From the NCBI GenBank assembly GCA_051870395.1, contig JBJEBV010000102.1, positions 17,271-81,270 of the forward strand: 64,000 bases of DNA, given 5' to 3'. Position numbers and translations under genes: made by a program. Source of the stretch: Candidatus Cryptobacteroides sp. (lineage in GTDB: Bacteria; Bacteroidota; Bacteroidia; Bacteroidales; UBA932). Below, in pieces: positions 28,046 through 38,967 of this stretch. How positions within the stretch are numbered: position 1 is the stretch's first letter; the number at the start of each line of letters is the position of its first letter. Below the pieces are notes generated by a model. It had not been told where the DNA came from. It saw nothing but the letters and a program-made list of their open reading frames with translations, and ran no database searches.

Positions 28046-29378
28046 AGGAGCCGGAGAAGTCGGCTCACATCTCGCCAAGATGCTCAGCAACGAGGCCAAT
28101 GACATCACGGTCATAGACTGTGATGCCGAAAGGCTTGCCCGCCTCACCACCTCGGCAGATGTGGTGACAATTACCGGGAATCTCTCCTCCATCAAGGTCC
28201 TGAAGGATGCCGGAGTGGAGAATGCGGACCTGTTCATAGCCGTCAATCCGGCTGAGTCACAGGATGTCAACATTGTCAGCGCCCTTCTCGCCAAGAGGCT
28301 GGGCTGCAAGCGTGTATGTGCCAGAATCAATGACGAGGAGTATCTTTCCTACGACAACAAGTTCTTGTTCACCGAGATGGGAATAGATATGATGTTCTAT
28401 CCGGAAAAGATTGCCGCCGGCGAGATTACCTCGATTCTCAAGCGCACGGCTGCCACCGACTCCATGGATTTCGCACGCGGAAAACTCCAGTTGGCTGTGT
28501 TCAAGCTGGAAGACGATTCGCCGGTAATCGACATGAAAATCTCGGAGTTCGCCGCAGCGATGGGGGTCCCGTTCAGGGTCGCCTGCATCCAGCGGGACAA
28601 TGTGACCATAATGCCGAAGTACAATACCAGGCTGCGTTATCACGACATTCTCTTCATCATCACTACCAGGGAGGGCATTGGCCCGATTATGAACTTCCTT
28701 GGAAAGACCAATGTGGAAATCCGCAATGTCATGATTCTCGGCGCCGGGGCCGTAGGGGAGATGGTTGCCAATGGAATCTGCCGTCAGGTGGAGACTGTCA
28801 AGGTCATCGATTCGGACCGTCGCAGATGCCTGGAACTCAGTGAGAATACCGATGACAACGTGCTGGTGGTCAATGGTGATGGACGTAATTCCGACTTCCT
28901 GCTAGAGGAGAATATCAGGGATTTCGACGCTTTCGTGGCCGTCACCGGAAACGATGAGGCCAACATTCTTGCCTGCGTCGTTGCCAAGCGATTCGGAGTC
29001 GGCAAGACTGTGGCGGAGGTTGAGAACATTGAGTATATCCGGCTGGCCGAGGAGATGGGCGTGGATACCGTGATAAACAAAAAGCTCATAACCGCCGGAA
29101 AAATCTTCAAGATGACCCTGAGCAATAAGGTGAGATTTGTAAAATACATGAGCGGAACCGATGCTGAAATCCTCGAATACATTGTGGCTCCGGACAGTAT
29201 CATTACCCGTAAAGCATTGAAAGACACAGATTTCCCTAAAGATGCAATCATCGGGGGCATTATCCGTGGCAATGATTCCCTTATCGCTGTGGGTGACACT
29301 GTGATTGAACCTTATGACAGGGTGGTCGTATTCGCATTGCCGAGGGCGGTCAAGGAAGTTGACAGAATGTTCAGATAG
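28029..29378 (+). CDS. trkA: Trk potassium uptake NAD-binding subunit
   Basis: Two RCK units (GAGEVG, GAGAVG), 449 aa. Confidence 0.95.
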   Translation: MQIIIEGAGEVGSHLAKMLSNEANDITVIDCDAERLARLTTSADVVTITGNLSSIKVLKDAGVENADLFIAVNPAESQDVNIVSALLAKRLGCKRVCARINDEEYLSYDNKFLFTEMGIDMMFYPEKIAAGEITSILKRTAATDSMDFARGKLQLAVFKLEDDSPVIDMKISEFAAAMGVPFRVACIQRDNVTIMPKYNTRLRYHDILFIITTREGIGPIMNFLGKTNVEIRNVMILGAGAVGEMVANGICRQVETVKVIDSDRRRCLELSENTDDNVLVVNGDGRNSDFLLEENIRDFDAFVAVTGNDEANILACVVAKRFGVGKTVAEVENIEYIRLAEEMGVDTVINKKLITAGKIFKMTLSNKVRFVKYMSGTDAEILEYIVAPDSIITRKALKDTDFPKDAIIGGIIRGNDSLIAVGDTVIEPYDRVVVFALPRAVKEVDRMFR

Positions 29379-29381
29379 ACA

Positions 29382-31145
29382 ATGGCAAGTTATCTCCAAA
29401 TCGAGAATATCAGCAAAAGCTATGGCCCGAAGGTACTCTTCGAGAACATTGGCTTCAATATAAATGAAGGGGACAAGATTGCCCTCATTGCACCGAACGG
29501 AACCGGCAAGTCCACATTGCTCCGCATACTCGCAGGCAAGGACAAGTCAGATTCCGGCGGAAAAATCACATTCCTCCGGAATATCCGCATTGCATTTCTG
29601 GAGCAGGAATACGAATTCGACCCGGAAAAGACTGCGTTCCGCCAGATTATTGATGACAGTACCGGATATATGGCCGGCCTGGATGATGACGGAATATTCG
29701 CCTACGAACTCAGGGTGGCCAAGTTCCTTTCCAGTTTCGAGGTGGACAAGGACAGCCTGATGAAGAACCTCTCGGGAGGCGAGGTGAAGCGTGTTGCCCT
29801 GGCCCGGATGCTTGCCTCGGAGGCCGATTTCTTCATAATGGACGAGCCTACCAACCATCTGGATATCAATGCTATAGAATATCTGGAGAATTATCTCGGG
29901 CATTCCCGCAGCACCTTGCTTATGGTGACTCACGACAGGTATTTCCTCGACAGGGTCTGCAACACGGTGCTCGAACTTGACCACGGCTCGGTCTATGTCT
30001 ACAGGGGAAATTACCAGAACTTTCTGGAAAAGAGGCAGGAGAGAATCGACAACTACAATGCTGAAACCGCCAAGGTGAACAATATCCTGCGACGCGAACT
30101 GGAATGGATTCACGCCTCGCCCTGCGCGAGGACCGGGAAGGCCCGTTACCGCATCAATGCTTTCCACGAACTGAAGGAGAGGGCCGGGCAGGTCTACCGT
30201 ACGGGGAAAGTCAGCCTGGAGTCAATGGGACAGGGTTCCCGCCTGGGAAACAAACTATTCGACTGCCACAACCTGGGCTTCCGATACGGGGATGATGTCT
30301 ATCTCGATGGATTTACATATAACTTCCAGCGTTTCGAGAGAGTGGGAATAGTCGGCCGCAACGGCTGCGGAAAGTCCACCTTCCTCAATATCCTCATGGG
30401 CAACATCCCGGAGGACGGCACCTTGACCGGGGTAATCGAGAGGGGAGAATCCCTGAAAATAGGCTATTACAGGCAGTCCGGAATGCAGTTCGATGAGAAC
30501 CAGACGGTGATGGAAATAGTCCAGGATACGGCCTTGCTGAACCAGTTCCTCTTCAGCCGGGACATGTTCAATACCAAGGTCGCCAAATTGTCGGGAGGTG
30601 AGCGCAGAAGGCTCTATCTTATGACAATATTGATGAAGAATCCCAATCTCCTCATCCTCGACGAGCCTACCAATGACCTCGACATCGTGACTCTGGACGT
30701 GCTGGAGGAGTATCTCAAGGACTTCAAGGGCTCATTGATAATTGTATCCCACGACAGACATTTCCTCGACAGGCTTGTGGACCATCTCTTCGTATTCTGC
30801 GGGGACGGGGTTGTGAAGGACTTCATCGGCTCATATTCGGAGTACAACGAGTACATAAAGGAATATGAGGCCCGCAAGCGTCAGGAGGAGCGTGCTGTTG
30901 AGAAGCCGAAGCCGGCCAGGCCGGAGGCTCAGCGGAAGAAGAAGCTCTCCTACAAGGAACAGCGCGAACTGGAACAAATCGAGAAGGATCTGGAGACTCT
31001 CGGCAATGAGAAAAAAGAGCTTGAGTCCAAGTTGGCCGGTGGAACATTGTCGTATGACGAACTTCAGGCGGCTTCTGCTAGGTTCGGCGAATTGTCTGCT
31101 ATTCTCGATGAGAAGGAAATGCGCTGGCTGGAACTCCAGGACTAG
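29382..31145 (+). CDS. ABC-F family ATPase (Uup-like)
   Basis: Two ABC cassettes (NGTGKST/LSGGE/DEPTNH; NGCGKST/LSGGE/DEPTND) and C-terminal coiled coil KLSYKEQRE. Confidence 0.93.
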   Translation: MASYLQIENISKSYGPKVLFENIGFNINEGDKIALIAPNGTGKSTLLRILAGKDKSDSGGKITFLRNIRIAFLEQEYEFDPEKTAFRQIIDDSTGYMAGLDDDGIFAYELRVAKFLSSFEVDKDSLMKNLSGGEVKRVALARMLASEADFFIMDEPTNHLDINAIEYLENYLGHSRSTLLMVTHDRYFLDRVCNTVLELDHGSVYVYRGNYQNFLEKRQERIDNYNAETAKVNNILRRELEWIHASPCARTGKARYRINAFHELKERAGQVYRTGKVSLESMGQGSRLGNKLFDCHNLGFRYGDDVYLDGFTYNFQRFERVGIVGRNGCGKSTFLNILMGNIPEDGTLTGVIERGESLKIGYYRQSGMQFDENQTVMEIVQDTALLNQFLFSRDMFNTKVAKLSGGERRRLYLMTILMKNPNLLILDEPTNDLDIVTLDVLEEYLKDFKGSLIIVSHDRHFLDRLVDHLFVFCGDGVVKDFIGSYSEYNEYIKEYEARKRQEERAVEKPKPARPEAQRKKKLSYKEQRELEQIEKDLETLGNEKKELESKLAGGTLSYDELQAASARFGELSAILDEKEMRWLELQD

Positions 31146-31165
31146 CCCTTCAGGAATCTGGGAAT

Positions 31166-32380
31166 TTACATATCCTTCAGGTTAACCTTTACCGGAAGCC
31201 AGGCCATCAGGAGGCCAATGCCTGTCACACAGAGTATTGTGGTAAGGATGTCTCCCCATTTCAGTATAACCGGATAGGCCGGGGTGACGAAGCCTCCCGG
31301 CATTTTTATCAGTCCGAATTCCTGCTGTATCAGGCAGGCCCCGATACCTATGGCGAGGCCGGCCAGCAGCCCCAGCAATGATATCATCCACCCTTCGGTC
31401 ACGAAGATTCTCCGGATTAGACTTTCGGGGGCTCCAAGGCTCCTGAGTGTGGCAATGTCGCCCTTTTTCTCGATTATGAGCATTGACAGGCTGCCGAAAA
31501 TGCTGAATGAAATGATAATGATGATGAATACCAATATCAGGAAGATGGCAGCCTTCTCATATTTCATCATCTTGTAAAGGGCCTCGTTCTGGCGGAACCT
31601 GTCCCTGACAAGGTAAGCCGGACCGAGTCTCTCCTGCATGCCTGAGATTATTTCGCCCAGTTCCCTGGCCCCTGTTCCGGGACGCATCCTGAGTTCCACG
31701 GCTGATACCTCATTGTCATATTCCAGCAACTCCCGCATTGTCTCAATGGGGACAATCATCAGCGAAGCGTCAGTCTCCGCATTGACCGAAAATACTCCGG
31801 AAGGGAATACCTTCACCATTTCCAATGATGCCATAGGGTTGCCCAGGGATATTTTCCTGTCCCTTGCCGGAAAATACATTTCAATAGGCGCCACGAATCT
31901 CGGATTGATGCCCAGGCTGCCGGCGCATCCGGCTCCCACTACCGCAAGGTGTATGTCCCCCTTGTGGAGCCTGAATGAGCCGTCCTTGATTTTGTCCCTT
32001 AGCGGGGATTCCTCCTCGTAAACGGCATCCACGCCCTTGGCATTCACAATGCCGCTGTGCCCGTCGTAGTTCACGAAGACCTTCTCTTCAATGACGCTGC
32101 ACATGTTCAGGACATTGTCCTGGCTGTAGGCCCAGTCGAAGGCGGGGGAGTCCGGTACGAATACCTTGCCCTCCGCAGGGGTTACAAGGATATCGGGCTC
32201 GACGTTCCCGAGGGATTCCCTCACAAGACCGTCGAACCCGTTATATACTGACATTATCATTATGAGGGCGGCGGTACCGGTAGCCATGCCGACAGCACTC
32301 GTCGCGGAGATGATGTTTATGACATTGTGTGACTTCTTCGCGAAGAGGTACCTTGACGCAAACCTCAATGACAGGTTCAT
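31166..32380 (-). CDS. LolC/E-like (FtsX family) ABC permease
   Basis: ASRYLFAKKSH, MSVYNGF, EKKGDIATLRSLGA. Confidence 0.9.
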   Translation of the reverse strand: MNLSLRFASRYLFAKKSHNVINIISATSAVGMATGTAALIMIMSVYNGFDGLVRESLGNVEPDILVTPAEGKVFVPDSPAFDWAYSQDNVLNMCSVIEEKVFVNYDGHSGIVNAKGVDAVYEEESPLRDKIKDGSFRLHKGDIHLAVVGAGCAGSLGINPRFVAPIEMYFPARDRKISLGNPMASLEMVKVFPSGVFSVNAETDASLMIVPIETMRELLEYDNEVSAVELRMRPGTGARELGEIISGMQERLGPAYLVRDRFRQNEALYKMMKYEKAAIFLILVFIIIIISFSIFGSLSMLIIEKKGDIATLRSLGAPESLIRRIFVTEGWMISLLGLLAGLAIGIGACLIQQEFGLIKMPGGFVTPAYPVILKWGDILTTILCVTGIGLLMAWLPVKVNLKDM

Positions 32381-32386
32381 TTCCCG

Positions 32387-32734
32387 TTATTTTTTAAGGA
32401 GCTCGCCGATATGCTCGGCATAGTCCAGGGAAGTGTCGAGGAAGAATGCCAGCTCCGGCACGATTCTCATCTGCTTGGCCACCACGTGACCCAGTTCGCC
32501 CCTGAGAGCCCTGCTGTTCTCATTGATCTGCTCCATGACGGCCTCGGCCTTGGAGGACGGGAATACGCTGACATAGACTTTGGCAACGGAGAGGTCGGGG
32601 CTGATTCTTACCTCGGTGATGGAGACCATTGCCCCGCCGAAGGCCGCCATTCCCTTGCTCCTGATGATTTCAGCCAGGTCTTTCTGGAGTTCCCTCGCTA
32701 CCTGGAGCTGTCTTTTGCTTGCTCCGTTTTCCAT
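32387..32734 (-). CDS. rbfA: Ribosome-binding factor A
   Basis: TEVRISPDLSVAKVYVS, RIVPELAFFLDTS. Confidence 0.96.
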   Translation of the reverse strand: MENGASKRQLQVARELQKDLAEIIRSKGMAAFGGAMVSITEVRISPDLSVAKVYVSVFPSSKAEAVMEQINENSRALRGELGHVVAKQMRIVPELAFFLDTSLDYAEHIGELLKK

Positions 32735-32735
32735 A

Positions 32736-34031
32736 TTACAGAACGTTGATTATGAAATAGTTCTTCTTGCCTCTCTGGACGAGAATGTATTTTCCGTCCA
32801 CGATGTCGTTTTCGGTAATCTCGTGATCAATGGAGGCAATCTTGTCCTTGTTTACGCTGACTCCGCCGCCCTGGATCATCTTGCGGCATTCGCCCTTGGA
32901 CGGGAATACCTGAGTCTTTACGGAGAGGAGGTCAATGATGCCGCAAGGCAGGTCCTCTTTCCTGATGTCGAAGGTTGGTACGCCTGAGAATACCGCAAGG
33001 AATGTCCTCTCGTCCAGTTTCCTGAGATCCTCCGATGTGGAGTTGCCGAAAAGCATCCTGGATGCTGCGAGGGCATTCTCATACTCTGCTTCCCCGTGAA
33101 CGAGGATGGTCACCTCCTTGGCAAGGAGTTTCTGGAGCTTCCTCTGTCCAGGGTCAAGCTGGTGCTCGGCAATGGCAGCCTCGATTTCCTCTTTCCCGAG
33201 CAATGTAAAAATCTTGATATAGCGGTCTGCGTCCTCGTCGGATACATTGAGCCAGAACTGGTAGAACTCGTAAGGGGATGTCCTCTCCGGGTCGAGCCAG
33301 ATATTGCCCTTCTCGGTCTTGCCGAACTTCTTGCCGTCAGCCTTCCTGATGAGAGGGCAGGTAAGAGCGTATGCGTCTGTCTTTCCGAGAGTTCTGCGGA
33401 TGAGTTCGGTACCTGTGGTAATGTTGCCCCACTGGTCGCTTCCGCCCATCTCCAGACGGCAGCCCTTGTTCTGGTAGAGCCAGAGGAAATCATATCCCTG
33501 GAGGAGCTGGTAACTGAACTCGGTGAATGACATTCCCTCCCTGGATTCGTTGGAGAGACGCATCTTCACTGAGTCCTTGGCCATCATGTAGTTTACGGTG
33601 ATGTGCTTTCCGATGTCCCTGATGAAGTTCAGGAAACCGTAGTCCTTCATCCAGTCGTAGTTGTTCACGAGTTCTGCCCTGTTCGGGGCGTCTGACTCGA
33701 AGTCGAGGAACTTCGAAAGCTGCTTCTTGATGCATTCCACATTGTGGTTCAGGGTAGCCTCGTCGAGAAGATTCCTCTCCTGGGACTTTCCTGAAGGGTC
33801 CCCGATCATTCCGGTGGCTCCTCCGACAAGAGCAATCGGCTTATGTCCGCATTCCTGGAAATGCTTGAGTATCATGATGCTGACCATGTGGCCGATGTGA
33901 AGTGAGTCGGCCGTCGGGTCAATGCCTACGTATGCTGCGGTCGGACCTTCCATAAGTTTCTCCTCAGTTCCCGGCATAATGTCCTGGATCATGCCCCTCC
34001 ATCTGAGTTCCTCTACAAAATTCTTGTTCAT
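32736..34031 (-). CDS. tyrS: Tyrosine--tRNA ligase
   Basis: [33 protein letters not shown]4-like C-terminus. Confidence 0.98.
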   Translation of the reverse strand: MNKNFVEELRWRGMIQDIMPGTEEKLMEGPTAAYVGIDPTADSLHIGHMVSIMILKHFQECGHKPIALVGGATGMIGDPSGKSQERNLLDEATLNHNVECIKKQLSKFLDFESDAPNRAELVNNYDWMKDYGFLNFIRDIGKHITVNYMMAKDSVKMRLSNESREGMSFTEFSYQLLQGYDFLWLYQNKGCRLEMGGSDQWGNITTGTELIRRTLGKTDAYALTCPLIRKADGKKFGKTEKGNIWLDPERTSPYEFYQFWLNVSDEDADRYIKIFTLLGKEEIEAAIAEHQLDPGQRKLQKLLAKEVTILVHGEAEYENALAASRMLFGNSTSEDLRKLDERTFLAVFSGVPTFDIRKEDLPCGIIDLLSVKTQVFPSKGECRKMIQGGGVSVNKDKIASIDHEITENDIVDGKYILVQRGKKNYFIINVL

Positions 34032-34209
34032 ATATTCATTCTTTTTATTTCAATGTAGTGCGGCCTTCCGGCCCCGAACTGCAAATATAGGTATATTTTT
34101 CCGTAATATTTACCTGTGTGAACTCTGATTGCGCCGGACGGATTGTTATTTTCAGGGAAAACCACTAAATTTGCAGACTGTTTGGAAATTATTTAAAAAC
34201 TATATTGCA

Positions 34210-34965
34210 ATGAGAAAGAAAATTGTTGCCGGAAACTGGAAAATGAACACCACAGTTCCGGAAGGCGTTGAACTCGCAAAGGCAGTTGTTGAGAAATCAG
34301 CCCAGGTAGCAGAGGGCGTAGGCCTCGTAATCGCTACTCCGTTCACCCACCTTGTACCGGTTGCTGATGTAGTGAAGGGTACCCGCGTACAGCTTTCAGC
34401 AGAGAACTGCGCAGACAAGGAGAAAGGTGCATACACAGGAGAGGTTTCTGCCGCAATGCTTGCTTCAGCAGGTTGTGAGTACACCATCCTTGGACATTCC
34501 GAGAGAAGGCAGTATTATGGTGAGACTGACGCCATTCTCGTTGAGAAGGTGAAGCTCGCTCTTGCCAACGGTCTCAAGGTCATCTACTGTGTAGGTGAGA
34601 ATCTTGAGCAGAGAGAGGCCGGCAAGCATTTCGAGGTTGTAACTTCACAGATTGAGAACGTTCTCTTCGGCCTCAGCGCTGAGGAAATGGCCAAGATTGT
34701 TGTCGCTTACGAGCCTGTATGGGCTATCGGGACCGGCAAGACCGCTACAGCCGAGCAGGCTCAGGAAATCCACGCCTGCATCCGCAAGGTGCTCGCTGGC
34801 AAGTTCGGTGCCCAGGTTGCTGACGATACCACAATTCTCTACGGCGGAAGCTGCAAGCCTTCAAATGCCAAGGAACTTTTCGCCTGCCCTGACATTGACG
34901 GTGGCCTCATCGGCGGCGCTGCTCTCAAGGCTGACGATTTCATCCAGATCGCACTTTCGTTCTAA
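34210..34965 (+). CDS. tpiA: Triosephosphate isomerase
   Basis: [29 protein letters not shown]; start ATG 34210. Confidence 0.98.
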   Translation: MRKKIVAGNWKMNTTVPEGVELAKAVVEKSAQVAEGVGLVIATPFTHLVPVADVVKGTRVQLSAENCADKEKGAYTGEVSAAMLASAGCEYTILGHSERRQYYGETDAILVEKVKLALANGLKVIYCVGENLEQREAGKHFEVVTSQIENVLFGLSAEEMAKIVVAYEPVWAIGTGKTATAEQAQEIHACIRKVLAGKFGAQVADDTTILYGGSCKPSNAKELFACPDIDGGLIGGAALKADDFIQIALSF

Positions 34966-34985
34966 TTAACCGGTAGATTATTATT

Positions 34986-35032
34986 ACCGTCTGGGAGAGG
35001 GGCTCGGGAGTTCTTTTCCCGGACGGTTTTTT
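34986..35032 (+). terminator. tpiA terminator
   Basis: ACCGTCTGGGAGAG...TTTTCCCGGACGGT followed by a T run. Confidence 0.8.
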
Positions 35033-35041
35033 CTTGTTTGT

Positions 35042-36646
35042 ATGAATAGAAGTTTTTTAGCAGCGGCAGCCTGCGTGATGGCCGTGTGCAGCTGTACTCA
35101 CAGAACCCCTGAGTCACCACTCCAGAAGAAGGTGGACGCTTATGCGGTTTTCCAGATTGGCTCCCCTTATATGGAGGGCTTGACAGACAACGGAAAGGAA
35201 GTCCTGAATCTTTTCAGGATGGCTGCTGACGAGGTTGACCATATTTACTGGCTCCAGTCATTCGGGGACAAGAGCGTGTTCGAGGCTCTTCCTGAAGGCC
35301 CGGAAAGGTCATACGCAATGATCAATTACGGCCCTTGGGACAGGCTTGACGACAATGCTCCTTTTATTGACGGTTACGGGGAACGTCCTGCAGGAGCCCG
35401 TTTCTATCCGGAAGATATGACCAAGGAGGAGTTCGACGCATTCGACGACCCTCTCAAACTCAGCCCTTACACCCTCATAAGGAGGGGAGAGGACGGAAAA
35501 CTCAAGACAGTGTGGTACCACGAGGAGTATGCCGAGAGTGTCGACAAGATTGCCCGCTTCCTCGAGTCCGCAGCCACAATGACCATCAAGGAGAGTGTGC
35601 GCAACTATCTTCTCAAGCGTGCCGAGGCTCTCAGGACTGATAATTACTACGAGTCAGACCTCGCCTGGATGGATATGAAGGATAGCAAGATGGATCTTGT
35701 AATCGGCCCGATTGAGGACTATGAGGACGGGATAAACGGCGTCAAGACAGCTTACGAGTGCTTCATTCTCCTGAAGGATCTCAAGAAGACGGATGAACTA
35801 ACCAAGTACATCGCCATGCTTCCTGACCTCCAGAAGGAGCTTCCTTGCCCTGAGGAATACAAGACCTTCGTGCCCGGCACGGAGTCGGACATGTTTGTCT
35901 ATGATGCCATCTACTATGCAGGTGACGCCAATGCCGGCAGCAAGACCATTGCAATAAACCTTCCTAATGACCCTAAGGTCCATGCTGAGAAGGGTACCCG
36001 CCGTCTCCAGCTGCGCAATGTCATCAAGGCCAAGTTCGACAAGATTGTATATCCTATCGGAAACATTCTCATTGAGCCGGAACAGCAGAGATATCTCAGC
36101 GCAGACGCATTCTTCTGGAATGTTACATTCCACGAGGTGGCCCACGGCCTCGGGGTGAAGGAGACAGTGAACGGCCTGGGTCCTGTTGACCAGGCACTGG
36201 GCAACGAGTCCTCCGTATGGGAGGAGGCCAAGGCTGACATTCTCGGTCTCTATATGGTCTGCAACCTCATTGACAAGGGCGAGATTCCGCTCATCTCCAA
36301 GGAGGCTGCCATCACCACATACATTGCAAGCCTCGTCCGTTCTGTACGTTTCGGAGCAGCCGGAGCCCACGGACGCGCAAATATGATGTGCTACAACTTC
36401 CTCAAGGACAACGGGGCCTTCGAGCGCAACAAGGAAGGTCTCTATCACATCAATTATGACAAGGTTCCTGGGGTGGTGGCTGACTGGGCGGAGCTGATTC
36501 TCACTACTCAGGCTACAGGCAACTATATGTTCGCCAAGGAGTATGATGCCAACCATGCGGTAGTCCCTGAGGCTCTCTCCGCAGATATTGCCAATGTCAA
36601 CCGCGGCGGTGTACCTGTGGACATCAGGTTCGAGTTCGTCTGGTAA
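35042..36646 (+). CDS. M49-like (dipeptidyl-peptidase III-like) zinc peptidase lipoprotein
   Basis: Lipobox VCSC; INYGPWDRLD, IGPIEDYED, AINLPND, HEVAHG, EEAKAD. Confidence 0.85.
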   Translation: MNRSFLAAAACVMAVCSCTHRTPESPLQKKVDAYAVFQIGSPYMEGLTDNGKEVLNLFRMAADEVDHIYWLQSFGDKSVFEALPEGPERSYAMINYGPWDRLDDNAPFIDGYGERPAGARFYPEDMTKEEFDAFDDPLKLSPYTLIRRGEDGKLKTVWYHEEYAESVDKIARFLESAATMTIKESVRNYLLKRAEALRTDNYYESDLAWMDMKDSKMDLVIGPIEDYEDGINGVKTAYECFILLKDLKKTDELTKYIAMLPDLQKELPCPEEYKTFVPGTESDMFVYDAIYYAGDANAGSKTIAINLPNDPKVHAEKGTRRLQLRNVIKAKFDKIVYPIGNILIEPEQQRYLSADAFFWNVTFHEVAHGLGVKETVNGLGPVDQALGNESSVWEEAKADILGLYMVCNLIDKGEIPLISKEAAITTYIASLVRSVRFGAAGAHGRANMMCYNFLKDNGAFERNKEGLYHINYDKVPGVVADWAELILTTQATGNYMFAKEYDANHAVVPEALSADIANVNRGGVPVDIRFEFVW

Positions 36647-36709
36647 TGAAAGAATATGAGTTCCTCTGCCGTTTCCGCAGTGGAACTTTAATTTTTAAAT
36701 TCAATAACA

Positions 36710-37732
36710 ATGAAAGCACTTGTAAAGAAGTATGCCGAGCCGGGTATCTGGATGGAAGATGTCCCGATTCCGGAAATCGGTGTAAATGATGTTCTTATCA
36801 AGATCTGGAAAGTAGCTATCTGCGGTACAGACCTCCACATCTACAACTGGGACCAGTGGTCCCAGAACACTATCAAGACCCCGATGACCATCGGACACGA
36901 GTATGTTGGAGAAATCGTGAAGATGGGAAGCGGCGTAAAGAACTACAAGATTGGTGACCGCGTGACAGGCGAGGGCCACATTGCCTGCGGACATTGCCGC
37001 AACTGCCGCAGGGGCCGTGAGCATATCTGCGAGAACTCCATTGGCGTAGGCGTGAACCGTGACGGTGCGTTCGCTGAGTATCTCAGCCTTCCTGCATCCA
37101 ATGTGGTGAAGGTCGACCCGCGTATCCCCGATGACTTTATGGCCATCATGGATCCGTTCGGAAACGCTACCCACACGGCACTTTCCTTCCCGCTTCTTGG
37201 TGAGGATGTCCTCATCACCGGAGCAGGTCTTATCGGAACAATGGCAACAGCCATCTGCAAGTTCGCCGGTGCCAGGAATATTGTCGTGACTGATTTGAGC
37301 GAGTATCGTCTCAACATTGCCAAGAAAATGGGCGCCACTCTCTGCGTTAACCCTACACAGGGAGGGTCAGTAGCCGCTGCAATGCACGAGCTCGGTCTCA
37401 AGGGCTTCGACGTAGGCCTCGAGATGTCCGGCTCACCGGTTGCCCTGCGCGAAATGATTGACAGCATGTATTCAGGCTCAAAGATTTCCCTTCTCGGAAT
37501 CCAGCCTGACTCTGCCCAGATTCCTTGGAGCAAGGTTATTTTCAATGCCCTGACTCTCAAGGGAATATACGGACGTGAAATGTGGGAGACCTGGTACAAG
37601 ATGGAGCAGATGCTCATTTCCGGTCTCGACCTTTCACCTGTCATCACGCACCGCTTCAAATTCGATGATTTCCAGAAGGGATTTGACGTGATGAAGAGCG
37701 GACTGTGCGGCAAGGTGCTGCTGGAATTCTAA
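36710..37732 (+). CDS. tdh: L-threonine 3-dehydrogenase (Zn-dependent)
   Basis: [56 protein letters not shown]. Confidence 0.95.
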   Translation: MKALVKKYAEPGIWMEDVPIPEIGVNDVLIKIWKVAICGTDLHIYNWDQWSQNTIKTPMTIGHEYVGEIVKMGSGVKNYKIGDRVTGEGHIACGHCRNCRRGREHICENSIGVGVNRDGAFAEYLSLPASNVVKVDPRIPDDFMAIMDPFGNATHTALSFPLLGEDVLITGAGLIGTMATAICKFAGARNIVVTDLSEYRLNIAKKMGATLCVNPTQGGSVAAAMHELGLKGFDVGLEMSGSPVALREMIDSMYSGSKISLLGIQPDSAQIPWSKVIFNALTLKGIYGREMWETWYKMEQMLISGLDLSPVITHRFKFDDFQKGFDVMKSGLCGKVLLEF

Positions 37733-37741
37733 AGGCAGGAA

Positions 37742-38377
37742 TTACATAAGCCATCCACTCATATCCTCCCCCGCTGCCAGGCCTTCCCTGATGCGGGTGG
37801 AGGATATGTCTATGATGGGGGCGTCGATAATCTGGATACGGTACATCCTGTGGGACGCATCCTCCAGCATCAGCAGGTCTGGACCTGACTCTGCAGCATC
37901 CAGCACGTAGGGAGCGGGAGATTCAGTGCACTCGTTTATGAGGGTATCCCGCAATGTCTTGATATCGAATCCCTTTCGGGGATATACGGCGATTCCGTAT
38001 TCGGACAGGAGGCGCTGGAAGTCCCGCCACTTCCGGATGGAGAAGAGATTGTCTGCTCCCATCACCAGGGTGAACTCATTCTCCGGCTCCCGTTTCTTCA
38101 ATTCATCCAGGGTCCTTATCGTGTAATGCGGCGGCTCCATCTTCAGTTCAATGTCGTCTACCCATACGTGAAGCTCCGGATGCCTCCTGACTGCTTCCAC
38201 GGCCGCATTGTACCTGGCTTCCCCGCTGTCCGCACTGATGCTGTCCTTGAGCGGATTCTTGGGCGAAACGACCAGGTATACCCAGTCGAAGCCCTTCTCA
38301 TTGGTGAGATACTCGAGGATGGCCTGGTGCCCGATATGCAGGGGGTTGAATGAACCCGAATAGACGGCTATTCTCAT
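37742..38377 (-). CDS. nadD: Nicotinate-nucleotide adenylyltransferase
   Basis: GSFNPLHIGH, SPKNPLK, MGADN, ISSTRIR. Confidence 0.95.
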   Translation of the reverse strand: MRIAVYSGSFNPLHIGHQAILEYLTNEKGFDWVYLVVSPKNPLKDSISADSGEARYNAAVEAVRRHPELHVWVDDIELKMEPPHYTIRTLDELKKREPENEFTLVMGADNLFSIRKWRDFQRLLSEYGIAVYPRKGFDIKTLRDTLINECTESPAPYVLDAAESGPDLLMLEDASHRMYRIQIIDAPIIDISSTRIREGLAAGEDMSGWLM

Positions 38378-38395
38378 TGTCGGAGTATGTCCGGA

Positions 38396-38962
38396 TTATT
38401 CAGAAAGGAATTTGTCCACTATCTGTTCGGCCTCGGAGAATGCGGCCTGCAGGTCATCATTGACCAGAATGTAGTCGAACTTGTCAGCGTAAGTCATTTC
38501 CTCGGCGGCCTTGGCAACTCTTTTCTCAATGGCCTCAGGGCTGTCCGTCCCCCTGGCAACTAGCCTTTTCCTAAGTTCCTCCACCGAAGGGGCCTGGATG
38601 AATACAGAGAGGGCCTTGTCCCCGAAATATTTCTTCAGGTTCACGCCTCCCTTCACGTCCACGTCGAAGATGATCACGTGGCCCTTGTCCCAGATTTTCT
38701 GCACCTCGGACTTCAAAGTTCCGTAGTATGAGCCGGCATAGACCTCCTCATATTCCACGAAACAGTCCTCAGCTATTCTCCTTCGGAACTCGTCCGGAGT
38801 CAGGAAATGATACTCGACTCCGTCCCTCTCGCTGCCCCTTGGCTGGCGGGATGTTGCGGAAACTGAAAATTCCATTTCGGGATGCAGCCCGAGAATGTGG
38901 TTTACAATGGTACTCTTGCCGGAACCTGAGGGTGCGGAAAAAATTATGACTTTATTGCTCAT
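38396..38962 (-). CDS. gmk: Guanylate kinase
   Basis: APSGSGKST, SATSRQPR, DGVEYHF, YYGT, DVDVKG. Confidence 0.97.
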   Translation of the reverse strand: MSNKVIIFSAPSGSGKSTIVNHILGLHPEMEFSVSATSRQPRGSERDGVEYHFLTPDEFRRRIAEDCFVEYEEVYAGSYYGTLKSEVQKIWDKGHVIIFDVDVKGGVNLKKYFGDKALSVFIQAPSVEELRKRLVARGTDSPEAIEKRVAKAAEEMTYADKFDYILVNDDLQAAFSEAEQIVDKFLSE

Positions 38963-38967
38963 TGTTA

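Noticed and set aside
37830-37930. Short insertions in NadD (and in DapF near 52650..52750) as inteins or frameshifts
   Set aside because: In-frame, about 25-30 aa, with no splice-junction motifs; most likely surface loops
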